Assembly (NCBI GenBank): GCA_965263035.1
Contig: OZ253580.1
Location: forward strand, 5,248,001 to 5,312,000
DNA: 64,000 bases
Direction of reading: 5' to 3'
Source: Acidobacteriota bacterium
GTDB taxonomy: Bacteria > Acidobacteriota > UBA6911 > RPQK01 > JAJDTT01
In this document: piece by piece, positions 29,099-38,352 of the stretch
Numbering within the stretch: the first letter of the stretch is position 1
Layout of the letters: every line of letters starts with the position of its first letter
Notes under the pieces: generated by a model
Databases searched by the model: none
The model's input: only the letters and a program-made list of their open reading frames with translations
Told to the model about the DNA's origin: nothing
Translations under genes and position numbers: made by a program

Positions 29099-30256
29099 TC
29101 ACGGAGGCTTTCCCTGCAGGAAGTTTCCGGCATCGCGCTGCTTCTTATCTCGTGCCTGCGTGTCCAGTTTCTGAAACAGCTCCAACTCTCTTTGAGCGTC
29201 TTCCGTCCGCCCGAGCTTTTTATAGATCTGGGCCAATTGATAGTGGGATTGTGGCTGGTTCGGATCCAGGGCGATTGCTCTCTGCAAGGCCGCTACGCCA
29301 TCGTGTAGCCGACCCTTGGCCACGTAAGCCGAGGACAAAGCGACGTAAGCATCAGGAATCCGATCGTCCACGCGTGATACCGCCTCCAAGTGCCGGATCG
29401 CCTGGTCGAACTCCTGGCGGTAATTCTTGATGATTCCCAACTCGAGATGGACGATCGGATGGTGGGGATCGATATCCAACTCCTTTTCCAGTGCCGGCTC
29501 CGCCTGGTCGTACTTTCCCAGACCGAAATAGAGATCACCCAGGGCGAAGTTGACACCGGGCGCGTTTGGATTCAGAGCGACGGCTTTCTCGTATTCTTCT
29601 ATTGCCTGGTTCAGACGTCCTTGCGTGGCATAAGCCTCAGCCAGAAGTTGGTGGGTGCGAAAGGAATCCGGATCGATCTCTTCGATACGCGAGAAAGTCT
29701 CCTGGAATTTGGTGTACGACGTCCGGGTCCTGTTCAAGTAGGCTTGGGCCAACGTCTGCAGTGCTTCCAGTTCCTGAGGATGTTTCTCGATGACCGCTTC
29801 CAGTTGCTCCACGCTCTTGTCCAGCTGTTGCAGCGCCAGGAAACAGACCCCCATATAGACCTGGGCCTTTACGTTTTCGGGATTCTGGGAAATTGCCTGT
29901 TGGAATGACTCGATAGCCTGCTGATACTCATACAGGCTGTAGTGAGCGAGCCCCAGAAAGAAATGGGCATCGGGCAGCTCAGGGTCGAGTGTCAGGGCTT
30001 TCTCGATCGCCCCGACGGCTTCCCGGAATCTCCCCTGAAACTGATAGATCAGTCCCACTTTGGCATGGAGGGGCGGGAAATCGGGTTTGAGCTCCAGCGC
30101 TGACCGATAGGCCTGTTCCGCGGTGCTCCAGTCGCCACTTTCCTCGGCGCGAGCGGCATTCCGGAAGTATTCCTCAATCTCCGGAGGCACTTGACCGGCC
30201 GTCCGGGCCGCCTGCATCCCCAGAAATGTCAGAAACAACAGACTATGAAGTGCCAT
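29099..30256 (-). CDS. secreted tetratricopeptide repeat protein
   Basis: Signal peptide and continuous TPR pattern. Confidence 0.88.
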   Translation of the reverse strand: MALHSLLFLTFLGMQAARTAGQVPPEIEEYFRNAARAEESGDWSTAEQAYRSALELKPDFPPLHAKVGLIYQFQGRFREAVGAIEKALTLDPELPDAHFFLGLAHYSLYEYQQAIESFQQAISQNPENVKAQVYMGVCFLALQQLDKSVEQLEAVIEKHPQELEALQTLAQAYLNRTRTSYTKFQETFSRIEEIDPDSFRTHQLLAEAYATQGRLNQAIEEYEKAVALNPNAPGVNFALGDLYFGLGKYDQAEPALEKELDIDPHHPIVHLELGIIKNYRQEFDQAIRHLEAVSRVDDRIPDAYVALSSAYVAKGRLHDGVAALQRAIALDPNQPQSHYQLAQIYKKLGRTEDAQRELELFQKLDTQARDKKQRDAGNFLQGKPP

Positions 30257-30380
30257 TTATAGGGAGCCTTCCCAAGTATGTAGTGAAGTGTTTGGCTGTT
30301 ATTGTCCTTTTTCCCGATGCAGGCAAGACAATGAATCTCGAGACCAACGTACGCGGCGAGTTTAGCACAGCTTCTACAGG

Positions 30381-32900
30381 CTACGGCTCCGTTACATTCA
30401 ATTCGGAACCGGCAGCTATGGGTCCCGGAAGCAACTGCTGCCTTCCTGATGGCCAGAGCACTTCAACCTGATCGACCTGTTCGGCTTCGCCGAGCCCAAA
30501 GTAGAGCGGATAGAGACTTTGCGAGAGGTAACCGGATTGGCCGTCCTGAACCTTGGTGTAGCTGGCTGACCCAGCTCGGACCGTGACCCGGGCACCGAGC
30601 CCGTCGCGGTTCGACCGGGTACCGGTCAGATTGACTTTGAGGAAATGAATCCGCTTGCGATCGGCCAGGTCACTGACGAGGACCAAAGGTTCGGAATTGA
30701 AATCGTTGGTCACAATGTCGAGGTCCCCGTCGTTATCCAGGTCGAAAATCACTGACGAACGAGAGCCCATGGCTCCCCAGGCCACGACACGGGTGACTCT
30801 GGCTCCCCGGGACCTGACTTTCTTGACGAGTTCGTGGTCTTTGTCGCCGCGGACCGCGTCCAGTTCAAACCAGGGAGTGAGGGTCCGGCCGCCGCGCCTG
30901 GGTTCAACGCCCAGAATGAATTCACTGTCGACGAATTCCCGTCCGTGGTCGTTGAGCAGCAGGCTGTTGATGCCATAGCGATAGCCGTAGTTCATGCAGG
31001 AAGTGATGAATGCATCTTCGAATCCGTCGGCGTTCAGGTCCCCCACACTCAATCCCCAGGGCCAATAATTCTCGGCATTGATTTGATCTGAGATCTCTTT
31101 AAATGTGCCGTTCCCCTGGTTACGAAAGAAGGCGTTGCCCCAGACATGATTTCCGTCCGTGGCCAACATCTGTTTCTCGGCGATCTCCTCGGGGAAGGGG
31201 ATCTTTTCTTTCTCGCCAAACGGATCCAGATGTTTCCACATGTCCGTGTGCATGTCGGTCAGATAGATGTCCAGTTGCCCGTCGTTGTCGAAGTCGAAGA
31301 TCTTGATTCCCATGGTTCCCCATGGCGTCGCGGGAAACAGTTGGCGACTCTTCTTGACGAAACGGCGACCTTCAATATTCTCGTAATACTGGTCATGGCC
31401 CTGCATGTTGGCCAGATACAAGTCAGGCCATCCATCGTTGTTGGCATCAAGCGGGCTGGCGTCGCCCGACCAACTCATATCCTTCAAGCCCACCTGGTCG
31501 GTGACGTCGACGAATCGGTTTCCGCCCTGGTTCCGATAGAGGATGCTGGTCTCCGAGAGCGCGGCATTCAGGTGTCGGTTGAAGGCATCCGGGGTGGAAC
31601 GAAAATAGGCATATGGGGTGCGATCCTTCCCGGTAAAAGAGTCATGGACGACCGTCCTGATTTCGTCCGTTGTATAGATGCCCACGTTCACCAGGAAAAG
31701 GTCCAGCCGGCCGTCGCGGTTGTAGTCGAAGAATACCGCTGCCGAGGAGTGGCCCGTGTACCCGAGGCCAGACTCGGTGCTGATGTCCCTGAAGGCCCCG
31801 CTGCCGTCGTTCTCAAACAACACATTGCCGCCGCGAACGGTGGTGACGTACAGGTCTGCGTCCCCGTCATTGTCGATATCGGCAAATGAAGCCGCCACGC
31901 CGATGCGCTCCCTGACAGCGACCCCAGCCCGCTCTGTGATGTTCTCGAACTTGCCGCCGCCCTGGTTCCTCCAGAGTTCATTGCCGCCGGCCTGAGTCAC
32001 AAAGTAGATGTCGTGCCGCCGGTCTCCATCGACGTCGGCAATGGCGAGTCCGTTTCCGTGGTCGTAATGGGCGAAAATAAAGGCCCTTCCCGCATCGTCG
32101 ACGATCCGGTTGCGGAAGGTGATGCCGGATTCATGGACCCGATCCGCAAAGGCAAAGTCATGTAAGACTCTTACGCCGTTGGCGCCTGCCAACTGGGACT
32201 GCCGGCGTTTTTCCAGCCACGGGAAACGTTGCCACAAGAGACGTTCTTGCAGCGTAGTCAAGACATCTTTTTTCAGAGCCTCCCGCTGCTCGGTTACCTT
32301 GCCGTCATAGAATCCACGGACATGCCCCTGGGGATCGACCAACATCAATTTCCGGCCGGGCTCGGGCGTCGCCTGAGGGCGTTCTGCGTGCAGCTGACGC
32401 AGTTGTTCCCGGGGGCCGGTCAGGAATCTCCACTGCTCCTCGTCCACTCCGGCCGCAGTTGCATAACGCCGCAGCACTTCCGGTGAGTCGTGTTCTGGGT
32501 CGACCGTGAAAGTAACCAGCCGGATATCATCCCAACCGGGCCGTTTTTTGAGCTCTTGTCTGAGCTTTTCCAGCAGAGCAGTCTGTGACACTGCCTGCGC
32601 ATCACGAGTGCGAATGAAATCCGCGATCCAAGCTTTGCCGAGCAGTTGGTCGGTCCCGAAGGGCCGGGAAAGGTGATCGGTCATGGAGAACTCGGGCAAT
32701 CGGCGCAGGACGGAAGGTCTGTGGTCTTGCGGCTTGGTTCTTTTGCCTGCCGCCCGCCGCAGGGTCAGCGCGGCTGACGGCGCGGCCGCCAAGTTGACCG
32801 GAGCCGTGAGTCGATGTCCGAAACCGGGCAACGACACCAGCTCGATCCAAGCCAGGAATATCGTGCAGGTTGTCGTCCTTAACAAGTTTCGTGGGACCAT
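30381..32900 (-). CDS. SCO-like domain fused to a CRTAC1 (FG-GAP plus ASPIC/UnbV) protein
   Basis: LGKAWIADFI...TVDPEHDSPEVLRRYA...WRFLTG...LVDPQGHVRGFYDG, then DxDxDG repeats and GYLSQS...YFGLG. Confidence 0.85.
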   Translation of the reverse strand: MVPRNLLRTTTCTIFLAWIELVSLPGFGHRLTAPVNLAAAPSAALTLRRAAGKRTKPQDHRPSVLRRLPEFSMTDHLSRPFGTDQLLGKAWIADFIRTRDAQAVSQTALLEKLRQELKKRPGWDDIRLVTFTVDPEHDSPEVLRRYATAAGVDEEQWRFLTGPREQLRQLHAERPQATPEPGRKLMLVDPQGHVRGFYDGKVTEQREALKKDVLTTLQERLLWQRFPWLEKRRQSQLAGANGVRVLHDFAFADRVHESGITFRNRIVDDAGRAFIFAHYDHGNGLAIADVDGDRRHDIYFVTQAGGNELWRNQGGGKFENITERAGVAVRERIGVAASFADIDNDGDADLYVTTVRGGNVLFENDGSGAFRDISTESGLGYTGHSSAAVFFDYNRDGRLDLFLVNVGIYTTDEIRTVVHDSFTGKDRTPYAYFRSTPDAFNRHLNAALSETSILYRNQGGNRFVDVTDQVGLKDMSWSGDASPLDANNDGWPDLYLANMQGHDQYYENIEGRRFVKKSRQLFPATPWGTMGIKIFDFDNDGQLDIYLTDMHTDMWKHLDPFGEKEKIPFPEEIAEKQMLATDGNHVWGNAFFRNQGNGTFKEISDQINAENYWPWGLSVGDLNADGFEDAFITSCMNYGYRYGINSLLLNDHGREFVDSEFILGVEPRRGGRTLTPWFELDAVRGDKDHELVKKVRSRGARVTRVVAWGAMGSRSSVIFDLDNDGDLDIVTNDFNSEPLVLVSDLADRKRIHFLKVNLTGTRSNRDGLGARVTVRAGSASYTKVQDGQSGYLSQSLYPLYFGLGEAEQVDQVEVLWPSGRQQLLPGPIAAGSELNVTEP

Positions 32901-32972
32901 TGGTTCACCGACGGGCGGATTGGCGATCCATCCGCCTGAATGGGAAAGGATCTTCCTTTTCGGGCAGTCTAG

Positions 32973-33131
32973 CAGCCCGTGGTAAAAGTCGTCACGGCAT
33001 TCGACCGTCCCTGCATCGTGCGCGGACTGCGTTGCTATCGGCTCACATACTCCCGGTATGCTCCCTCATCGCGCCAGGTCCGGCGGGCGCAGGAACGGTC
33101 TCGGTGCTCGCGGGACTTTCACCACGGACTG
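32973..33131 (+). mobile_element. MITE family A, copy 3 (159 bp)
   Basis: CTAG on both sides (32969-32972, 33132-33135). Confidence 0.9.
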
Positions 33132-33229
33132 CTAGGAGTCCAATTCCTACCCGGCAGACCGTCATCCTTGTAATCCGGACAGCTATCACGGAGCACCCTT
33201 GCATTCCCGCGCGTAGTATTCTGTTGACA

Positions 33230-34957
33230 ATGATCCGGTTTTTCCCAAACGGCGGAAAAGCATTCCAGACAACTCCCGTCCTGACGCTGGTTTTGGTTTT
33301 CCTGGGGGTGGTTGGTGTCCATACCGTCTCGGAATCGGCGGGGCTTCAGGACTCTGACAGCAGGGAACTGACCCCCATTCCTCATCCCGACCTCAATGCT
33401 GTCGAGCGGCTGATTCGGGAGCAGCTTCAAGCACAGCGATCCAAGTTGACAAGCAAGATCTCTGCCTCCGAAGTTCCGGATTCGGCGCGGGCTGACGCTT
33501 TCGGAGGGTTGGGGAGGCTTTACCACGGCTACGATTTCATCGAGGCCGCCCGAGCCTGTTATCGGAATGCGCTCACCTTAATGCCGCAGGATTTTCGCTG
33601 GGCCTATCTCTTGGGCCGTTTGTTGGAGAGCCAGGGAGATCCGCGGCAAGCCGTCGAGCACTACCAGCAGGCCGCCGCTATCCAGCCGGATGATCTACCG
33701 ACTCTGTTGCATCTGGCCCAGGCGCAGCTGAGCCTGAATCGTCCGGACCGGGCCGAAACGCTCTTCAAGGAGGCCGTCTCGCGAGACCCATACCCGTCAT
33801 CAGCTTCGGCGTTGCTGGGGTTGGGCAAGATCGCTCTCTCTCGAAACGATCCTGAGGAGGCAATCGAGTACTTCGAAACCGCTGTCTCGATGCAACCGAA
33901 GGCCGACAGCATCCACTATCCGCTGGCTATGGCCTATCGACAGATCGGGGATCTCGAGAAGGCACGAGAACATCTCCGAAAGCGTGGGACCAGAACCCCG
34001 GAATATCCGGATCCGCTGATGGAAGAACTTCGTCAGCTCAGGACGGGCAAGCAGTTTTTTTGGAGTCAAGGCACAGTCGCATTGAGCGAAGGACGCTTCG
34101 CGGAGGCCGTCGAGGCCTTCCGCCAGATGGTGGCCGCCGATCCGGAAGAGGGGATCGCCCACATGGATCTGGGGACGGCGCTGCTTCAACTTGGAGATGT
34201 CAGTGGAGCCTTGGCCAGGTACCAGAAATCGCTAAGGCTCTCGCCGGGCAATCCTCGGCTTCACTACAATCTGGGGTTGGTTTACACCCTGCAAAAGGCC
34301 TATCCGAAGGCTCTCGAGCATTATCAGAATGCAATCGAACTGGATCCCGGATTCGAGAACGCTCATTTCAATGCGGCGAATCTATTGATGAGACTGGGGA
34401 ATATGGCGCAGGCCGGGCAGCACTATGGTCGAGTGAACGAACTGAATCCCAGCCACGCCTTTGCCCGTTTCATGCAAGCCATGACATTGGTGAAGCTGGG
34501 CCGTTATCAGGCGGCGCGAACTCTTCTGGAAGCGAGCTACCAAGCTCTGCCTGAGGAAATCGATATCACCCATGCTCTGGCTCGTCTGCTGGCGGCGTCT
34601 CCCCAAAGCACGGTCGGCGATGGTCGTCGGGCGCTTCAGCTTCTACAGAATGTCTTCAGGTCCCAAGACGAAGTGGCTTTCGAGCATGTGGAGACGCTGG
34701 CGATGGCTTTGGCAAGGACCGGACAGTACCAGAGAGCTTTGCAAGTGCAGCAGGGGATGATTGACGAAGTCAAGCAAGCCGGACGCGTGGATCTGGCCGC
34801 CTTGCTTGAGGAGAATTCATCTCGGTATCAGAGAGGCCAAGCTTGCCGCGCGCCGTGGAGGGCCGACGATCCGATTTTCTTGCCCGTTCCAGGGGATTTG
34901 GCGCCGCTGAAATCATCCGGGAAAGGGTCCAACCCAGCTTCGGTTCCGAAGAGTTAA
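33230..34957 (+). CDS. secreted tetratricopeptide repeat protein
   Basis: Paralog of 13292..15055; the longer ORF call merely reads through MITE-A. Confidence 0.88.
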   Translation: MIRFFPNGGKAFQTTPVLTLVLVFLGVVGVHTVSESAGLQDSDSRELTPIPHPDLNAVERLIREQLQAQRSKLTSKISASEVPDSARADAFGGLGRLYHGYDFIEAARACYRNALTLMPQDFRWAYLLGRLLESQGDPRQAVEHYQQAAAIQPDDLPTLLHLAQAQLSLNRPDRAETLFKEAVSRDPYPSSASALLGLGKIALSRNDPEEAIEYFETAVSMQPKADSIHYPLAMAYRQIGDLEKAREHLRKRGTRTPEYPDPLMEELRQLRTGKQFFWSQGTVALSEGRFAEAVEAFRQMVAADPEEGIAHMDLGTALLQLGDVSGALARYQKSLRLSPGNPRLHYNLGLVYTLQKAYPKALEHYQNAIELDPGFENAHFNAANLLMRLGNMAQAGQHYGRVNELNPSHAFARFMQAMTLVKLGRYQAARTLLEASYQALPEEIDITHALARLLAASPQSTVGDGRRALQLLQNVFRSQDEVAFEHVETLAMALARTGQYQRALQVQQGMIDEVKQAGRVDLAALLEENSSRYQRGQACRAPWRADDPIFLPVPGDLAPLKSSGKGSNPASVPKS

Positions 34958-35117
34958 CAGCCCGTGGCAAAAGTCGTCACGGCATTCGACCGTCCCTGCA
35001 TCGTGCGCGGACTGCGTTGCTATCGGCTCACATACTCCCGGTATGCTCCCTCCGTTGCGCCTGGTCCGGCGGGCGCAGGAACGGTTTCGGTGCTCGCGGG
35101 ACTTTCACCACGGACTG
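34958..35117 (+). mobile_element. MITE family A, copy 4 (160 bp)
   Basis: TTAA on both sides; the left TTAA contains the TAA stop of the TPR gene. Confidence 0.9.
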
Positions 35118-35184
35118 TTAAGAGTTCACCCGAATTTCTCACCGGGTCGCTGGTGCAATCCTTCCTGATTTTCTCGGATCTCCG

Positions 35185-36789
35185 CTACGATCCCGCCGTC
35201 TCCATCGCCGTAAATCGAACCAGCGTGAGGGAAAACGGCGGGCATGACAGATCCCACCCTCCGGACCCCTCTCCGACCTTTGCAACGCCTGGCTTGACTC
35301 GATCGGGCACCTGAAAATCATTGATTTCCAGTGGGCCTGAGGCGGTCAGAACGGTGGCCACAGCCTGCACCTGCCCGGCGCCCTCCAGGCGCAATCGGAC
35401 GGTATGCTCACGACTCAAGTGGGGGTTGATGACCGAAACGATGAACTGACTCGGATCACTCGTCGTGGAGGCGACGATGTCCAGGTCCGGCAGCGAGCGG
35501 GTCTTGCCCTCGTCCTCGAATTGAAAGGCTCCGATGGTTGCTTCCACCCCGATGACGTCCGCGTTCATATGGTGTTTGAGCATATCGAAGACATGATAGG
35601 TGGGAGTCCGAACCAGCCTGGGGCCCTCGACCTTCAAGACGTTGTGAATCACGTTGATGGATACGGCCAGGTGAGCAAGGCTCAGGCGTTTCGCCCTGCG
35701 CATGAACCCGTGCAGCATGCGCGCCGCCATGAGTGCGTCGCGCAGGGTGTCTGTCTGCACGAAATCCTTGCCTGACATTGAGATCGGAAAAGATTCAACG
35801 GGATCAATCTCGGTGTGCCAGGAGCCCCACTCGTCGAGCATGATGCCGATATGCTTGCGCCCCCCGATCCAGCGGTCGATCGACTTGGCCGCGGTATCAA
35901 TTATTTCCTGGCACCGCTCGACATCGGCCAGCAGGGCGTAGGTGTCGGTGGCTTGGCTCTCGGCCGCCACCGCCGGCTTCAGGTAGCACTGAAGCGAAAT
36001 CAGGTCGAACAACTCGATCCGGTCGCTCAGCGCTTTCAGCAGCCTGTCGACCCAGTCGCTATGCGGCTCACCATTGATGATGATTTTGGCGTCCTTGACA
36101 TACTGGCGCATGTAGAATCCGTAGCGGCGCACCTGGAGAGCGTATAGTTCGGGTGTCCACTGATAGCTGGTCTCATTGCCGATGGTCCAGTACTTGACCC
36201 CGTAAGGCTCCGGGTGGCCGTTTTTCCGCCGCAGCTCAGCATACCGGGTGTCCTGGGTGCCATTGACGTATTCCATCCAGGCGACGATCTCCCTGGGATC
36301 GCCCATTCCAATATTGGTCTGGATGACCGGCTCGGCTCCGATGGCGGCGCACCACTGCAAGAATTCGTCGGTTCCAAAAAAGTTGGGTTCCACCTCCTGC
36401 CAGAAGCTCAAACTGCGGGGACGTTGCGATCGAGGTCCGATCCCGTCCTCCCAGCGGTAGGTGTCGGCGACGGTTCCCCCCGGCCAGCGAAATGCGGGGG
36501 CGCGGAGTTGGCGATAGGCTTCGATGGTGTCGAGTCGCAAGCCGCCGTCATTGGGGATGCTGGAATCCTCGCCAACCCAGACACCGTCGTAAATGGTCGT
36601 GCCGAGCAGCTCCACCATGTGACCGAAGATCCCGGGAGCGACCCGTCCTCGGCGCTCTTTCGGATTGATCTTCACCACGTATTCGCTCCCGATTTCGGGG
36701 CTGCCCGGGAGGTTGGCCTCCTGCGCGTGGCTAGTTTCGACCGATCCCAAGGCCGCCACGAGAATCAGAGGAAGTGCCGATCCTTTCAT
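35185..36789 (-). CDS. GH51 alpha-L-arabinofuranosidase-like glycoside hydrolase, secreted
   Basis: RWPGG..AD.YRWEDGIGP, FGTDEF, YWTIGNE (acid/base), LDEWG (nucleophile), TPTYHVF. Confidence 0.9.
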   Translation of the reverse strand: MKGSALPLILVAALGSVETSHAQEANLPGSPEIGSEYVVKINPKERRGRVAPGIFGHMVELLGTTIYDGVWVGEDSSIPNDGGLRLDTIEAYRQLRAPAFRWPGGTVADTYRWEDGIGPRSQRPRSLSFWQEVEPNFFGTDEFLQWCAAIGAEPVIQTNIGMGDPREIVAWMEYVNGTQDTRYAELRRKNGHPEPYGVKYWTIGNETSYQWTPELYALQVRRYGFYMRQYVKDAKIIINGEPHSDWVDRLLKALSDRIELFDLISLQCYLKPAVAAESQATDTYALLADVERCQEIIDTAAKSIDRWIGGRKHIGIMLDEWGSWHTEIDPVESFPISMSGKDFVQTDTLRDALMAARMLHGFMRRAKRLSLAHLAVSINVIHNVLKVEGPRLVRTPTYHVFDMLKHHMNADVIGVEATIGAFQFEDEGKTRSLPDLDIVASTTSDPSQFIVSVINPHLSREHTVRLRLEGAGQVQAVATVLTASGPLEINDFQVPDRVKPGVAKVGEGSGGWDLSCPPFSLTLVRFTAMETAGS

Positions 36790-36963
36790 TGCTGTTGCTT
36801 ACATTCTCCTACTTGAGCGTCGAACTGCGATTCTCGGAATTCACGGTTGGTTGTCAGGAAGGGCTTGACCGTAACCGGTCGTTGAGTCCAACCGCTACGA
36901 CTACCACACAGTGTCATTGAGGTTGGCACCGGGCGCTCACCATATCAAGTCTCGACTGACCAG

Positions 36964-37122
36964 GAGTCTGCGCGGTAGAAATGATCGTAGCGAGAAAGCG
37001 GGGAATCGAGGCCAGATTTTCTCGATTTGGAGGTGCATAGTTGTTCTATTCGCCGACAAATCGGGGAAATATGGACCGATTCTACCGCTTTCGCAGTAGC
37101 TCAATTTCTGCGGCGCAGGCTC
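36964..37122 (-). mobile_element. MITE family B, full copy (159 bp)
   Basis: Reverse-complement homolog of 17006-17164; flanks CCAG and CTAG. Confidence 0.9.
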
Positions 37123-37222
37123 CTAGGTTCAGCTTCGTCCCGGCTACGTTTCCGGTGGCGAGCACGCGCTGCGGGCGAAGTCCCTGAGCCATCGTCGTGA
37201 CCTCCGGTCAGAAATCCACTAG

Positions 37223-37331
37223 GAGGCTGTCCGAGAATAGACTATTATCAAAAAGTCTTGTTTTTAAACTATTGATTTATAAAGGGTTAAGTTTTCAAAA
37301 ACTATGATTTTTCGAGTTCTCGGACAGCCTC
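37223..37331. mobile_element. MITE family C, copy 2 (109 bp)
   Basis: Perfect 15-bp TIR GAGGCTGTCCGAGAA; CTAG on both sides. Confidence 0.9.
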
Positions 37332-37691
37332 CTAGTGGATCCTATGCCTGAGCAGTCGGTAGGCTGCCAGGATCGATGTGATTCCCGCCACGTCGGCCAG
37401 CACGTCTCCAGCGGCGGCGTCGCGGCTTGGAACGAAGGATTGATGGATCTCGTCGCTCACGGCGAAGAGGGTTCCCAGAAACCAGAGCCAGAAGAGTTGG
37501 CGGGTTTTGATTCTTCGCCGAAGTGCCGAGCTTCGTCCCCAGACCAAAGTCACGGTCAGGAGTGCATACTCGATGACGTGCAGCAAGGGATTGAGACCCA
37601 ACCCGGCCCCGGGGGGGAGGCTCTGATGAGACAGGTAGACGATCAGGCAGATGGTGGCGAGAGCTGGAATCCAGTGCAGGACGGTCGTCAC
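37332..37691 (-). CDS. VanZ family protein
   Basis: HVIEYALL, AVSDEIHQSFVPSRD...DVLAD. Confidence 0.88.
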   Translation of the reverse strand: MTTVLHWIPALATICLIVYLSHQSLPPGAGLGLNPLLHVIEYALLTVTLVWGRSSALRRRIKTRQLFWLWFLGTLFAVSDEIHQSFVPSRDAAAGDVLADVAGITSILAAYRLLRHRIH

Positions 37692-37704
37692 GTCGACACC
37701 GCCG

Positions 37705-37875
37705 TCACCAGGGAATCAACTGCATCAGCCACACGGCCGCCAGCGATCCCAGGATGAGGTAGGCCGAGAGGGAGAGGAAATAGCGGACCCGCTCTCGCGT
37801 GTCCTCCTGGTTGATCATGGCGAACACGACACCGATGCTCAATGCCAGCAAGACCAGCCCGACAAGATGGTTCAT
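37705..37875 (-). CDS. small two-TM membrane protein
   Basis: MNHLVGLVLLALSIGVVFAMI...; ATGA overlap with the upstream gene. Confidence 0.7.
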   Translation of the reverse strand: MNHLVGLVLLALSIGVVFAMINQEDTRERVRYFLSLSAYLILGSLAAVWLMQLIPW

Positions 37876-38234
37876 CGGCGATTCCCTGCCGCGATATCGT
37901 AGCTGTCCAGCACCATCAGCATGTTCAGCAAACCTGCCGTGTACAGATACGTGTTGCCGTATTCGTACCCGAAGGAGTGGATATCGCCCACGCCCCAACC
38001 GCCCCATCTACTCAGCAAGTAGGGAAGTCCGATGCTCAGATCGGCAACGAATTTGAGTTTGCCAAAGAAGCCGGGACCCCAGCCGAACAGGCGCCCGTCC
38101 ATGGAGAGACCGAACGCGAACAGAATCATTACCACCGAGAAGAAAAGCAATCCCCTGGCCCAGCGTCCCTGCAGTAGATGACCCGAACCCGGAATCAGCC
38201 AAGCGGCCAGACAGAGGGCGATGTTCGTGGACAC
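37872..38234 (-). CDS. membrane protein (DUF6677-like)
   Basis: AWLIPGSGH...EYGNTY...AGLLNML..LD. Confidence 0.75.
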   Translation of the reverse strand: MSTNIALCLAAWLIPGSGHLLQGRWARGLLFFSVVMILFAFGLSMDGRLFGWGPGFFGKLKFVADLSIGLPYLLSRWGGWGVGDIHSFGYEYGNTYLYTAGLLNMLMVLDSYDIAAGNRR

Positions 38235-38352
38235 GAGTGAAGAATAGAAAGAGTCGCCCGGGAGTTCAAGCCGCCGAATGCTACGCTGTCTCCCTGCTCG
38301 GCTAAAATGACGGAGACAAGAATCGGGGACTCACGTAAAATCCCTCGGTCGA

